NCBI GenBank assembly: GCA_050633305.1 | Contig: JBOEGF010000043.1 | Span: forward strand, 64,001-128,000 | Length of the DNA: 64,000 nt | Source: Nannocystales bacterium | GTDB lineage: Bacteria; Myxococcota_A; Polyangia; Nannocystales; Nannocystaceae | Reading direction: 5' to 3' | Shown here: positions 49,945-60,339 of the stretch, piece by piece | Layout of the letters: each line of letters opens with the position of its first letter | Numbering within the stretch: the first letter of the stretch is position 1 | Translations under genes and position numbers: made by a program | The notes under the pieces: generated by a model | Databases searched by the model: none | What the model saw: the letters and a program-made list of their open reading frames with translations, nothing else | Told to the model about the DNA's origin: nothing

Positions 49945-50439
49945 ATGCGCCTGCTCGCGCTCCTTCTTGCCGCGCTTGTTTCGGTGACTTGCACGTCCGA
50001 CGAAGACGCCGGCCTGTGCGAGGGCGTACCGAGCGAGATGGTCAGCCTGGCGGTGGCTTCACGGTTCGAGGATGCCCCGTTGGCGGACGGCGACTCGATG
50101 CCCGTCTTCGTGCCGCCGCAAGGAGGTATCGCGACCGAGTTCGATCTCAGCCTCGTCGGGGTCGGCCTGGACACGGTGGACGAGCTTCGCCTGCAGGTCG
50201 TCCGCGTCGTCGGCGGCGCGTCTGTTGCGGCGGTGAACTACTCAGGAGCGGGTCTGCCGCTGGAATGTGTTCAGGAGGGGGAGCTTCGGGTCCGCGCCGT
50301 GCCGGTCCCGTTCTCCGACGACCTCACGCTCGAAGGCCTCGGGGGGCTGGAGGTTCAGGTCGTGGGAACGCTGGTGCGGACGGACGGCGTTGAGGCCGAG
50401 TTCCGTGTGCAGGTGGTGCTGGACTCGGCGATGTACTGA
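49945..50439 (+). CDS. Hypothetical secreted protein/lipoprotein
   Basis: Signal peptide; PPQGG motif seen in myxobacterial hypotheticals. Confidence 0.65.
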   Translation: MRLLALLLAALVSVTCTSDEDAGLCEGVPSEMVSLAVASRFEDAPLADGDSMPVFVPPQGGIATEFDLSLVGVGLDTVDELRLQVVRVVGGASVAAVNYSGAGLPLECVQEGELRVRAVPVPFSDDLTLEGLGGLEVQVVGTLVRTDGVEAEFRVQVVLDSAMY

Positions 50440-51527
50440 GCCAGACTTCGTGGCGCTCTCCAAGGCTGTGGCACGGGCGCAGCACCGTGCACCGCCTCGG
50501 TGAGCGCCTCGGCAAGGGCGCCTGGAGGCGACGCGTCGGCGCAAAGGATGCTCGCGGATGTGACGACCCCGGTGGAAGCCGTCGTGCCGACGATCGGGAC
50601 TCCGGCATCGAGGGCTCGGGTGACGGTGCTTGGGTGCGATTCGAGGGGGCTGAGACTGAGCACCACACCGACGCCATCGAGACCAGCGCCACGGTGGATC
50701 TGGATCCTGGGGTGGTGTTGGAGCGAGGAGGGCTCGCTGCACGGACCGGGGAGCACGCGGACCGTGACGTCCTCGAGAGCATCGAGGAGCTCGGGCAACG
50801 CGGTCGAGCCACAGCGCGCCAGAGGTGGGCCCGCGAAGAGGACGTCGCCACCGGGCGTCCCACGGCCGGTGAAGGGGGAGCGGGGAAGCTGAACCCGGGT
50901 CTTGCTCGGGCCCAGCCGCTGCCATGCGACCCGGCCACGCACGCACACGGCATCCGCTTGCCAGCGCTCGGCTCGTTGGCGTGCGTGGGCACGAAGCCGG
51001 GGCCGGTGGTTGCGGAGAAAGCTCGCCTGCGGATGTGCGGAGGCCAGCGCATCCAGTCCGTCCACCAGTGTGTCCAAGTCGGGCAGGTCTTCGACGAGCA
51101 GACACGTGGCTCCGGCTTGCCTGCCGTGCGCGAAGCTGCGGCGGGCCGCGAGACTGGGCGCGACGATGAGGCTCGGCGTGGGGCGGCGGGCGATGTGAAA
51201 CGCCGCGGTATGGTCGACGAGGGCACGCATGCGAACCCGGTTGCTCAAGGTCGCGGCGGTCTTGCCCCGAGCAACCCCCCGCACGAGGAGTTCGCTCGCG
51301 GTGAACCATCCGTGGGGGCGGGCGCCCGGAAGCCCGCGGCCGTCACGGCGCCGGACGAACCCGATGCGCCGCCCGAGCTTGGCGAGGGCCTGCGGGAGCA
51401 CCCATGGGGCGAACACCTCGACGGGCCTGGACGGTTGCAGAACCTCGAGAACGGGCCGCAGCCAGTCGTTGGGCTCGGGTGCGATGATGAACACCCGATG
51501 GTCAGCTCGCCGGGCGGCGTCGGCCAC
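50355..51527 (-). CDS. Degenerate GT4-like glycosyltransferase-fold protein
   Basis: VLFAG...LS..ES...AL.AGVPIV motifs; GTG start with an agagg RBS, overlapping the vanW-like stop. Confidence 0.6.
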   Translation of the reverse strand: MADAARRADHRVFIIAPEPNDWLRPVLEVLQPSRPVEVFAPWVLPQALAKLGRRIGFVRRRDGRGLPGARPHGWFTASELLVRGVARGKTAATLSNRVRMRALVDHTAAFHIARRPTPSLIVAPSLAARRSFAHGRQAGATCLLVEDLPDLDTLVDGLDALASAHPQASFLRNHRPRLRAHARQRAERWQADAVCVRGRVAWQRLGPSKTRVQLPRSPFTGRGTPGGDVLFAGPPLARCGSTALPELLDALEDVTVRVLPGPCSEPSSLQHHPRIQIHRGAGLDGVGVVLSLSPLESHPSTVTRALDAGVPIVGTTASTGVVTSASILCADASPPGALAEALTEAVHGAAPVPQPWRAPRSLAQYIAESSTTCTRNSASTPSVRTSVPTT

Positions 51528-52350
51528 AGTCGTCCTCTTGGCAGGTGTCGCAGTTGCGCGTGGGACTGACGATGACCCGCTTTCGGTCGCGCCCGATCGT
51601 GACGAGTCCAGGGGCGTGCGCGGGGCCCCGGCGGGTGATCGTGGTGTGGGCAAAGCGCTGCCCGTCTTCGTGGGTGATCTGAGGTTCGGAGACTTCGACC
51701 GAGGCTTCCTCGACCCGCTCTGAGCCCTTGAGTGACAAGACGAGCCCTTCTGCGCTCATCCGGGTTTCGAGCCGCAGGACACCGCGCTGTGGAGCGAAGC
51801 GCAGATCGACGTAGGGCCACTTGACCGTCGCGTCGACGCGGCGGCGCGGAGGTGCGTTCGGGCCACGGTCGAGCACCAAGGTGTGGCCGTGTCGCTCGAC
51901 GATGGTGCAGTTCGATCGCAATGCGAGGTCGAACAAGGTGTCGCTCAAGGAGCAGATCCCACCACCGACGGCGGGGATGATGCAGCCGCCTTCGAAGTGC
52001 GCGCCCTCGACGTAGCCGCGGCTCTCTGTCAGGCGTCCGACCGTCCGCCAGAACGAGAATGGGCGCCCCGCTGAGATGCCGATGCCGTGGAGGGCGGTCG
52101 CGGCGAGGCCGAGGTTGTGCCACCTGCCTTCTTCAAGCTTCGGTCCGAACGACGATGCGCGTCGCGGGATGGTCCGGGCCGCGACGAGGTGGGGCGTTTG
52201 CCTGCTGGGGGCGCGATGCGGCTCCGGATACACGTTCGGACGGAGCGCCCAGCCGACGAGTCGGCGCGCGGCCAGTCCGGCGACGCGGACGGCGAAGTCC
52301 GCTCGCTCGAGCGTGGACCACGGACCGGACGACGACGGCGAGCGACGCAT
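51502..52350 (-). CDS. VanW-family protein
   Basis: HNL, FSFWRTVG, GGGIC, ERHGH, DATV and YVDLRF motifs; C-terminal CDTC...C. Confidence 0.88.
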   Translation of the reverse strand: MRRSPSSSGPWSTLERADFAVRVAGLAARRLVGWALRPNVYPEPHRAPSRQTPHLVAARTIPRRASSFGPKLEEGRWHNLGLAATALHGIGISAGRPFSFWRTVGRLTESRGYVEGAHFEGGCIIPAVGGGICSLSDTLFDLALRSNCTIVERHGHTLVLDRGPNAPPRRRVDATVKWPYVDLRFAPQRGVLRLETRMSAEGLVLSLKGSERVEEASVEVSEPQITHEDGQRFAHTTITRRGPAHAPGLVTIGRDRKRVIVSPTRNCDTCQEDDCGRRRPAS

Positions 52351-52492
52351 ACAGACCATTGACGCACGAGGAGCCCGATCGATTCCACCCACGAAAACGG
52401 GACGGTTGCATGCGTGCACCCGTCCCGTGATTCGGCCCCGGTTTCACCGAAACCCGGCCTTGGCTCTATGGCCAGCTCCTACTTTCTTGAAC

Positions 52493-53767
52493 CTATTTTT
52501 TGAACTGGGCCGACTCGGTGGAGTGCTCCATGGCCAGCGTGGAGCTCTTGCCCGCGGAGAGCGTGGTGGAGACGGTGTCGAAGTAGCCGGTGCCCACCTC
52601 ACGCTGGTGGCGGGTGGCTGTGTAGCCGTCGGCCTCGGAGGCAAACTCGGCGTCCTGCAGCTTGGCGTATGCGGACATGCCGCTCTGCGTGTACTCGCGG
52701 GCGAGCTCGAACATGCCGTAGTTGAGCTGGTGGAAGCCGGCCAGCGTCACAAACTGGAACTTGTAGCCCATGGCCCCGAGCTCGCGCTGGAACTTGGCGA
52801 TCGTGGCGTCGTCCAGGTTCTTTCGCCAGTTGAACGACGGCGAGCAGTTGTACGCAAGCATCTTGCCCGGGTGCTCGGACTGGATCGCTTCGGCGAACTT
52901 TTTTGCGTCCTCGAGGTCCGGGGTGGAGGTCTCACACCAGATCAGATCCGCGTACTTGGCGTAGACCTTGCCCCGGGAGATGGCCTGGTCGAGGCCGCCC
53001 TTGATGCGGTGGAAGCCCTCTGGGGTGCGCTCACCCGTGAGGAACTCGTGGTCCCGCTCGTCGACATCGGAGGTGAGCAGTCGGGCGCTGTCGGCATCGG
53101 TCCGAGCGATGACCAGGGATGGAACGCCCTCGACATCGGCGGCCAGGCGGGCAGCGGTCAGGGTCTTGACGAACTGCTGGATCGGGACGAGGACCTTGCC
53201 CCCGAGGTGACCGCACTTCTTCTCCGAGCTGAGCTGGTCCTCGAAGTGCACACCCGCAGCGCCCGCCTCGATCATCCACTTCATCAGCTCGAAGGCGTTG
53301 AGTGGACCGCCGAATCCGGCCTCGGCATCGGCGACGATCGGCGCGAACCAGTTGCGGCTGGTCTTGCCTTCGGCGGACTCGATCTGGTCGGCCCGAGTCA
53401 GCGCCTTGTTCACCCGACGCACGAGCTCGGGGACGGAGTGCGAAGGGTAGAGGCTCTGGTCGGGGTAGGTCTGGCCCGCCTGGTTGGCGTCGGCGGCGAC
53501 CTGCCAACCGCTCATGTAGATCGCCTTGAGTCCAGCGCGGACCTGCTGGACGGCCTGACCGCCGGAGAGCGCTCCGAGGCTGTTGACGTAGTCCTCGGTG
53601 TGCAGCAGGTCCCACAGTCGCTCGGCGCCCAGGCGCGCGAGGGTGTGCTCGACGGTGACGCTGCCACGCAACCGCTGCACGTCTTCGACCGAGTAGGGCC
53701 GCTCGATGCCGTTCCAGCGCTCGTCGTTGAAGTTGATGGCGGAGGTGGTCTTGGGAGTCATGGACAT
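52493..53767 (-). CDS. aceA: Isocitrate lyase
   Basis: [15 protein letters not shown] and [11 protein letters not shown] motifs. Confidence 0.98.
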   Translation of the reverse strand: MSMTPKTTSAINFNDERWNGIERPYSVEDVQRLRGSVTVEHTLARLGAERLWDLLHTEDYVNSLGALSGGQAVQQVRAGLKAIYMSGWQVAADANQAGQTYPDQSLYPSHSVPELVRRVNKALTRADQIESAEGKTSRNWFAPIVADAEAGFGGPLNAFELMKWMIEAGAAGVHFEDQLSSEKKCGHLGGKVLVPIQQFVKTLTAARLAADVEGVPSLVIARTDADSARLLTSDVDERDHEFLTGERTPEGFHRIKGGLDQAISRGKVYAKYADLIWCETSTPDLEDAKKFAEAIQSEHPGKMLAYNCSPSFNWRKNLDDATIAKFQRELGAMGYKFQFVTLAGFHQLNYGMFELAREYTQSGMSAYAKLQDAEFASEADGYTATRHQREVGTGYFDTVSTTLSAGKSSTLAMEHSTESAQFKK

Positions 53768-53823
53768 CGTTGTCGTTCCTTCTCGGTCTCGGTCGGGTCT
53801 GGAGCTCTGGGCGGTCGCGGGGG

Positions 53824-55419
53824 TCAGGCCTGCGTCGTGATGTGCTCGTAGGCGGGCAAGGTGAGGAAGTCTTCGAGTGTGTCGGCGGTGGAGATCGATT
53901 CGAACAGCTCGCGAGCGAGGGGAAACTTGCCGCCGGTGAAGCGGGCGTCACCGACCTCGGCCTCGATGATCTTCATCTCGTCGTCGATGACGCTGGCGAG
54001 ACGGGCAGCCGTGACGGGGGCGCCTCCAACATCGACGCCGTGTTTGATCCACTGCCAAACCTGCGCCCGGGAAATCTCGGCGGTCGCTGCGTCTTCCATC
54101 AAGTTGTACAGGGGGACGCAACCGTTCCCGCGGAGCCAAGCTTCGAGGTACTGGATGCCGACTCGGACATTGAGGCGCAGGCCCGCTTCGGTGCGGATGC
54201 CTTGGGGCGCTGCGACCAGAGCCGCGGCGTCGGCCTGGACATCGTCGCGCGCCTTGTCGATCTGATTGCCGCCTGGCATGTGCTTGTCGAACACGGCCCG
54301 TGCGACAGGGATGAGGGCAGGGTGGGCGACCCAGGTCCCATCGTGTCCGTTTTGGACCTCGCGGAGTTTGTCTGCCGTGACCTTGGCGAGTGCTGCGTCG
54401 TTGGCCTGCGCATCACCCTTGATTGGGATCTGTGCCGCCATCCCGCCCATCGCGTGAATGCCTCGCCGGTGGCATGTCTTGATGACCAGGTTGGAGTACG
54501 CGGCCATGAACGGTTGCGTCATGCCGACCTCACCACGATCGGGAAGCACGAACTCGGCGTGGTTTCTCAGCGTCTTGATGTACGAGAAGATGTAGTCCCA
54601 GCGGCCGCAGTTGAGCCCGGCGGAGTGGTCACGCAGCTCGTAGAGAATCTCGTCCATTTCGAAGGCTGCGGGGAGCGTCTCGATCAGGACCGTCGCGCGA
54701 ATGCTGCCTTGCGGGACACCCAACGCATCCTGAGCGTGGACGAACACGTCGTTCCACAGCCGAGCCTCGAGATGGCTCTGTAGCTTGGGCAAGTAGAAGT
54801 ACGGGCCCGAGCCCCGTGCCAGCAGTTCTTTGGCGTTGTGGAAGAAGAACAGGCCGAAGTCGACCAAGCCGCCCGTGGCGGGGAGCCCATCGACGAGGAG
54901 GTGCTGCTCGGGGAGGTGCCACCCGCGCGGTCGGACGAGCAGCGTCGCAAGGCCCTCGTCTCGAAGGGCGTAGGACTTTCCGCGAGATTTGTCCTCGAAG
55001 CTCAGTGTGCCGCGAACGGCCTCACCCAGCGCCCGTTGCCCGACCATCAGGTTTTCCCAGGTCGGTGCGTTCGAGTCCTCGAAGTCGGCCATGAACGTGT
55101 TCGCGCCCGAGTTGAGCGCATTGATGATCATCTTGGGGTCCACCGGCCCGGTGATCTCGACGCGGCGGTCTTCGAGGTCCTTGGGGATGGGAGCCACGGT
55201 CCAGTCACCCGTTCGGATGGACTCCGTCTCCGTCAGAAACTGTGGCAGCGTTCCCGCGTCGTACTGGGCCTGCGTCCGTTTTCTGCGTTCGAGCAGCTGC
55301 AGCGCTCGGGGTCGGAACGTCCGAACGAGCGTCTCGACGAACGCGAGCGCGTCCGGAGTGAGGATAGAAGCGTGGTCCGCGCTGGGGGCGGCGATCGTCA
55401 ATCCTTCGGGATGGCTCAT
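53824..55419 (-). CDS. aceB: Malate synthase A
   Basis: [21 protein letters not shown] and [12 protein letters not shown] motifs. Confidence 0.98.
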   Translation of the reverse strand: MSHPEGLTIAAPSADHASILTPDALAFVETLVRTFRPRALQLLERRKRTQAQYDAGTLPQFLTETESIRTGDWTVAPIPKDLEDRRVEITGPVDPKMIINALNSGANTFMADFEDSNAPTWENLMVGQRALGEAVRGTLSFEDKSRGKSYALRDEGLATLLVRPRGWHLPEQHLLVDGLPATGGLVDFGLFFFHNAKELLARGSGPYFYLPKLQSHLEARLWNDVFVHAQDALGVPQGSIRATVLIETLPAAFEMDEILYELRDHSAGLNCGRWDYIFSYIKTLRNHAEFVLPDRGEVGMTQPFMAAYSNLVIKTCHRRGIHAMGGMAAQIPIKGDAQANDAALAKVTADKLREVQNGHDGTWVAHPALIPVARAVFDKHMPGGNQIDKARDDVQADAAALVAAPQGIRTEAGLRLNVRVGIQYLEAWLRGNGCVPLYNLMEDAATAEISRAQVWQWIKHGVDVGGAPVTAARLASVIDDEMKIIEAEVGDARFTGGKFPLARELFESISTADTLEDFLTLPAYEHITTQA

Positions 55420-55480
55420 GGGGCTCTTCCTGATTGGCGTCGTAGGCGCGAGGCCGGGGCCGAATCGTGTGCGTGTATCT

Positions 55481-55580
55481 TTTTACAAGAATGCTTTCGG
55501 GTCAAGGCGAATATTGTGCACAATTTGCGGTGATATCGCCGTGAAGCAGAGTCGGCGTGAAAGGTGTAAAACATGTAAAA
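55481..55580. promoter_or_regulatory. Candidate operator sites in the aceB/regulator divergent promoter
   Basis: ttttaca (55481), tgtaaaa twice (55565, 55574), palindrome attgtgcacaat (55513-55524) in an AT-rich gap. Confidence 0.55.
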
Positions 55581-55589
55581 GGAAATGGA

Positions 55590-57059
55590 GTGTCCGTTGA
55601 GGTGAGCAAATTGGGGGCGAGGGTCCGAGAAATGCGCAAAGCGCGGGGGCTCACGCAGGTCGAGCTCGCACGCCGACTGGGCATCTCGGGCAGCTATCTC
55701 AACCTGATCGAGCATCAGCAGCGCTCGCTCACCGCGTCCTTGCTGCTTCGCCTGGCCAAGGAGTTCGAGGTGGAGCTCGCCGCATTCGATGCGGACGACA
55801 CGTTGCTGCCCGATCTGTCCGAAGTGCTGGCCGACCCGGTGTTTGGGCAGGGGCCGGCGACCCAGAACGAACTGCAGGGGCTCGTCGACGCCTCGCCGGA
55901 GCTTGCCCGACGGTTGGTCAAGCTCTTCCGTGCGTACCAAGAGGCCAGTCGTTCTGCGGACTCGCTCGCGGCGCGGATCTACGACGACCACCAGGAGGTG
56001 GGCCCGGTCCGGACGGCACTGGCATCCGAAGAGGTCAGCGACTTCATCCAGCGCGAGGGCAACTACTTCGATGTCCTCGAGGGGCATGCCGATGCGCTTC
56101 GCAGGGCGCTCGAGCTCCCGGTCGATGACGACGACGCCGTGACGCGGTCCCGGCAGCTGCTCGAGCCGAGGTTGGTCGAGTTCCTTCGAGAACGCCACGG
56201 GGTCGAGGTCGAACTCCAAGGCTCGCGGAAGCGTCCGCTGACTCTACGGCGCTACGACGCGGGGAAGAAGCGGTTGGTCCTGGCAGAGGTACTTCCGGAC
56301 GCCAGTCGCATTTTTCAGCTCGCCGCCCAGTACGCGCTCATCGAGCATGATGAACTCCTCACCGATCTTGCACGGCACTCTCTGCTGTCGAGTGAGGGCA
56401 GCGTGCGTCTGGCCAGGGTCGTGCTTGCGAACTACTTCGCTTCGGCGGTCCAGATGCCCTACGTCGCGATGCGCAAAGCGGTCACCAAGGAGCGCTACGA
56501 CATCGAACTCCTCGGTCAGCGCTTTGGGGCCAGCTTCGAGCAGGTGTGCCATCGAATCACGTCGCTGCGACGGCCCTCGGATGAAGGGGTTCCGTTTCAC
56601 ATGATTCGGGTCGACCTCGCCGGTAACATCTCCAAGCGCTACTCCGCTTCCGGCATCCGATTCGCCCGATTCGCGGGCGCCTGTCCGCGGTGGAACGTCT
56701 TTCGATCGTTCCTGTCCCCAGGGGCCATACGAGTCCAGACATCGGTCATGCCCGATGGGCAGGTCTTTTTCTGCGTCGCTCGGACGGTGTTGCGCGTGCA
56801 CGGCGACCACCATGTGCCCCGGACGATCCAAGCGATCGGCCTCGGCTGCCGAGTCGAGCATGCGCGTGAGATGATCTACTCGGACGGCGTCGATGTGGAC
56901 ACGGTCGAGAGCGCGCTGCCGATCGGCGTCACGTGTCGGCTGTGCGAGCGCATGGATTGTGAGCAGCGCGCGTTTCCGTCCATCCGCAGCGGAGCGCCCA
57001 TCGACGAGCACTACCGGGGTCCTTCCCCATACGCGCTGCCCGACGATGACTCGCGGTAA
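55590..57059 (+). CDS. XRE-family short-chain fatty acyl-CoA regulator (RamB/ScfR-like)
   Basis: HTH SYLNLIE, ANYFA, SFEQVCHR, CPRWN and IGVTCRLCERMDC.QRAFP motifs; divergent from aceBA. Confidence 0.93.
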   Translation: MSVEVSKLGARVREMRKARGLTQVELARRLGISGSYLNLIEHQQRSLTASLLLRLAKEFEVELAAFDADDTLLPDLSEVLADPVFGQGPATQNELQGLVDASPELARRLVKLFRAYQEASRSADSLAARIYDDHQEVGPVRTALASEEVSDFIQREGNYFDVLEGHADALRRALELPVDDDDAVTRSRQLLEPRLVEFLRERHGVEVELQGSRKRPLTLRRYDAGKKRLVLAEVLPDASRIFQLAAQYALIEHDELLTDLARHSLLSSEGSVRLARVVLANYFASAVQMPYVAMRKAVTKERYDIELLGQRFGASFEQVCHRITSLRRPSDEGVPFHMIRVDLAGNISKRYSASGIRFARFAGACPRWNVFRSFLSPGAIRVQTSVMPDGQVFFCVARTVLRVHGDHHVPRTIQAIGLGCRVEHAREMIYSDGVDVDTVESALPIGVTCRLCERMDCEQRAFPSIRSGAPIDEHYRGPSPYALPDDDSR

Positions 57060-57191
57060 GTGCGCGTTCCGCGTGCAAGCTTGAAAGAGCCGCTGCGAAG
57101 CGCTGCGAACGGGCTTTCGGCCGCTCCGACTCGACATCGGTCGGATGCGCAGTCACTATCTTGGCTCCGTTCTCCTACATCGGTCTACATC

Positions 57192-58157
57192 ATGTCAGCG
57201 CTCCGTATTTCCGCCGCGATTCTTCTTGGACTCAGCCTCATCGCTTGTGACGACGACTCCGAGGGCCGCGCGGCACCTGCCGAGGGTGGCGTGGGTGGGA
57301 AGGCTGATGACGTGGCGGGGGCCGAGCTCGATCCTGAGATTCAGCAGGAGCACCTGCGCGCGGTCGGGGTCTGCGAGACCACCGCGCGCCGCGGACGGGA
57401 GCGGACCAGCGTGCTTCGTTTCGCCGAGCGAACCGAGATCGAACAAGACCGGATCGAGTGTCTCTCCGATGCCAACGATGCTGTTCGGTCGGCGCTCGCA
57501 CTGACGCTTGATCTCACCGCGCCCGAGCTGTCCGACGACGTCGGCACGGCGTTCAACGTCTGGCGCTCCGAGCACAGCAAGTTGTGCTCGGCGTTTCTCG
57601 AGGCACACGACGAGGTGCTGGAGAAGTCGATCTCGGCGGTGGACGCTGGCTGTCTCGCTTTGGCCGAGCTCCACCTCGCCGAAGCCGTCGAGGCGTTCGC
57701 AGATCTGGGGGGCGGACGGGCCTCGGCCCCGGACGCCCAGGCGCAGTACCCGGAGTGTTACGAGTTCTATGAGCTCGCGCTCGAGGACGTCGGAGCGGAT
57801 GCGAGCTCCGAGATCCCCGAAGCGGCGTCCGAGGCGTTACTGCAGGCCCAGGTCGATGGGACCGAGTTGTTTGCGGACTGCATCGAGGAGGAGTTGCTCG
57901 AGGCGATCCCGGTGCTGTCGTCACGCGTACTGGTGTCGTACCCCGGGCGCGATGAGGACCAGGTCGACCAGACGCTGCGCAGCGCGTTCGAGGGCGGCTC
58001 GGACGGCATCGCACAGGTCTGCGACGTGCTGGGCTACTCCGCCGCGGAGGGAGGCGCTCTGGGGGTGCAGCAGTGCCGAACCGCGGCCGCCATGTGGCGC
58101 CACGAGCTTCTGGCCTACGTGGTTCCCGAAGCGGCCCCCGCTGGCGGCGGGGAGTAG
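57192..58157 (+). CDS. Hypothetical helical Cys-containing lipoprotein
   Basis: Lipobox LIAC; GGKADD motif. Confidence 0.75.
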   Translation: MSALRISAAILLGLSLIACDDDSEGRAAPAEGGVGGKADDVAGAELDPEIQQEHLRAVGVCETTARRGRERTSVLRFAERTEIEQDRIECLSDANDAVRSALALTLDLTAPELSDDVGTAFNVWRSEHSKLCSAFLEAHDEVLEKSISAVDAGCLALAELHLAEAVEAFADLGGGRASAPDAQAQYPECYEFYELALEDVGADASSEIPEAASEALLQAQVDGTELFADCIEEELLEAIPVLSSRVLVSYPGRDEDQVDQTLRSAFEGGSDGIAQVCDVLGYSAAEGGALGVQQCRTAAAMWRHELLAYVVPEAAPAGGGE

Positions 58158-58182
58158 CCCAGCGGGCTCGAGGCCTCATGAC

Positions 58183-58218
58183 AAAGGCGCCCAGGCCGAT
58201 GGCCGGGGCGCCTTTTTT
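58183..58218. terminator. Intrinsic terminator, probably bidirectional
   Basis: aaaggcgccc...gggcgcctttttt between convergent genes. Confidence 0.85.
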
Positions 58219-58256
58219 GTCGAGCGCAGCGTGAGGCTCGCTCGACGCGTCGCGAC

Positions 58257-58589
58257 TCAGGCTTGCGCCAGAGTCTCCTTGAGCTCGTCGAACGCCAGGT
58301 CCTTCTCCGAGACCTTGGTCTTGCGGATTGCGGAACGAATCACGGACTCCCACTTGTTCTCGGGGAGGTCCTCCTTCATCGACATCATGATCTCGAGGAT
58401 CTCGTCGTCGCCAGCGGCGTTGTAGATGGTGGTCTTGTCGTAGTGGAGCGTTTCGAGCAGGGCCTGGATGTAGCCACCCGGGGTGGCATCCATGTCCTCA
58501 CGGTTGCCGACGCGCCGAGACTCGACCGCCGTTTTCTTCTCCCGGCGTTTGAGCTCTCGTTCGATACGTTCTTGGTCAGTACGTTTCAT
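58257..58589 (-). CDS. Hypothetical charged cytoplasmic protein
   Basis: Strong gaggagg RBS; typical codon use. Confidence 0.75.
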   Translation of the reverse strand: MKRTDQERIERELKRREKKTAVESRRVGNREDMDATPGGYIQALLETLHYDKTTIYNAAGDDEILEIMMSMKEDLPENKWESVIRSAIRKTKVSEKDLAFDELKETLAQA

Positions 58590-58786
58590 GACATCCTCCT
58601 CGCCAAGACGGCGCCTCACGGCGGGGGCGGAGATTCGCCCAAACCGTAGAGGTCGGGGCGGCGTGGTAGCACACCCGCGCCCCGGATTCACCCCACGCCC
58701 GGTGAGGCCCGCCAATGGACCGCAGCGTGCAAGATTCCAACGATGGCGTGGGGTAGCGCCCGGAGCGCTAAGGGACGGATATGGCT

Positions 58787-58962
58787 CTAGAGCAGCGTTT
58801 AGGGGCGGTTTTGAAGCACCGGACGCGGGTGAGGTCACTCGCGCTCCGTGTCTGGTGTCCTCGTAATACGCAACCCGCCCTGGTGCCAGAGTCAGGCCAG
58901 GACGGGTCGGGTGGAATCGGGGAATGTCTGGGCTTGTTCCGCTCGATACCGCGCCGCTGCTA
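58787..58962. other. Structured intergenic element (MITE-like or ncRNA)
   Basis: Starts ctagagcagcg and ends cgctgcta; two long internal hairpins. Confidence 0.4.
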
Positions 58963-60339
58963 CTCGTCGGCCGGCTTCTCGAAGATCTGAAAGTCGAGGT
59001 GCGTGTTGATGGCCGCATCGTCGACCACGACGTTCTGGGTCGTGAAGATCACCCGACTTCCTTCAACGTCCAGCTCCTCGAAGTTGAGCGTTTCGGCGAG
59101 TTGCTCGGTCAGTGCGGCGCGGAACGTCGCGACGAGATCTTGGTTGTCCTCCACCAGGGACTCCTCTTCCTCTGCGGCGACCCCGATGCCTTCGTTCTCT
59201 CCGGGGATCAAGATCGCGGAACCCGCCGTGACCTCGACGCGCTTCATGTTTTCCGAGAGCCGTACCTCGACGGGCATCGAGACGTTGGCGAAGCCGCAGT
59301 AGCCCTCGGCCGTCCGCCACACCCGGAAATCCGTGTTGAGGTTGCTGCCGGTGCCGCCGGCCTCGATCTCGTTGATCGAGACGGCATAGATCCCGTCGGC
59401 GTCCGCTTCGCCGTCTTCGTTGTAGCGGGTGGGGATCTCGCCCTCTTCCATCATCCGCCGCGCCATCGTGTCGAGGAGGATGGGGTCCATCGCGACTCCG
59501 ATCGCGACGCCCTCGGGAAGGGGTGTCTCCACGTCGAGGCCAGCCTCACCGGGCAGGGGAAGGTTGGTGGCGAGGCCGAGGACCAGCCGCTCTTGCTCGC
59601 CCTGGACGAACACCTTGCGGGCCGCCATTTTCACGTCGCCTTGGCCGATGGACCACGACCCGATGGAGAACAGCGCCAGCGGCTCGAAGCCTGCTTGGAT
59701 CTGCTCGGTCATCAGGAGCTTGAGGGCGCCCGCGAGGATCTCGTTCTTGTCGGAGTCGAACCCGTAGACGGAGAGATACCAGTCGTCGATGAACGCTTCG
59801 GAGTAGTCCGCGAGGATCGTTGTCGTTCCATCCCCGGCTTCGAGCTTGAGCGGCACCGCGATGTCGGCGAACCCGGAGCCCGAGGACAGCGGATCGCCTT
59901 CTTGGTCGAGGCGGACACCGAAACTCACGCGCAGCACCACGCACCGACGGCAACCCTCGACATCGCGCACGATGATCTCGGGTACGTCGTTGGCTTCGAA
60001 CTCCGCCTCGCCGGGACCCTCGGGCAGAACGCCAAACGGAACGGTGCCCGCAAAGGGAACGTCGTCGTCGATGATGCCCGCGACGAGCCGGTTGAGCGCG
60101 TCTTCGGTGAGCGTCATCGTGACCGGGAACGGCCCATTCTCCGGGATGTCGCGCAGCGCTCGGTCTTCGGCGTCGACCGTTCGAAGGAAGTTCATCGCCT
60201 GGTTTTCGCAGTCGAAGGTGACGTCTTCGCCGCGGCAGCCGACGAGCGTCGCCATCGCCGTGAGAGCGAGCCCGGCGAGCAGGCGGGGCGCCGAAGACGG
60301 CGGGCGCTTGGAAGTAGGTGCAACGATAGACATGCTCAT
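58960..60339 (-). CDS. Hypothetical lipoprotein (beta-rich, possibly TULIP/BPI-like)
   Basis: Lipobox LVGC; typical codon use; the fold is a guess. Confidence 0.75.
   Translation of the reverse strand: MSMSIVAPTSKRPPSSAPRLLAGLALTAMATLVGCRGEDVTFDCENQAMNFLRTVDAEDRALRDIPENGPFPVTMTLTEDALNRLVAGIIDDDVPFAGTVPFGVLPEGPGEAEFEANDVPEIIVRDVEGCRRCVVLRVSFGVRLDQEGDPLSSGSGFADIAVPLKLEAGDGTTTILADYSEAFIDDWYLSVYGFDSDKNEILAGALKLLMTEQIQAGFEPLALFSIGSWSIGQGDVKMAARKVFVQGEQERLVLGLATNLPLPGEAGLDVETPLPEGVAIGVAMDPILLDTMARRMMEEGEIPTRYNEDGEADADGIYAVSINEIEAGGTGSNLNTDFRVWRTAEGYCGFANVSMPVEVRLSENMKRVEVTAGSAILIPGENEGIGVAAEEEESLVEDNQDLVATFRAALTEQLAETLNFEELDVEGSRVIFTTQNVVVDDAAINTHLDFQIFEKPADE

Noticed and set aside
52076..53851. 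591-aa plus-strand ORF
   Set aside because: Antisense shadow of aceA.
58806..58821. Minus-strand cggtgcttcaaaaccg resembling a tRNA-Sec (UCA) anticodon arm
   Set aside because: The loop has an extra base, and no T-arm (GGTTCGA), acceptor stem or CCA is found around it.
58778..58870. Purine riboswitch (ggatatgg and ctcgta motifs)
   Set aside because: The motif order is wrong and the gtttctacc/ccgtaaa core is absent.
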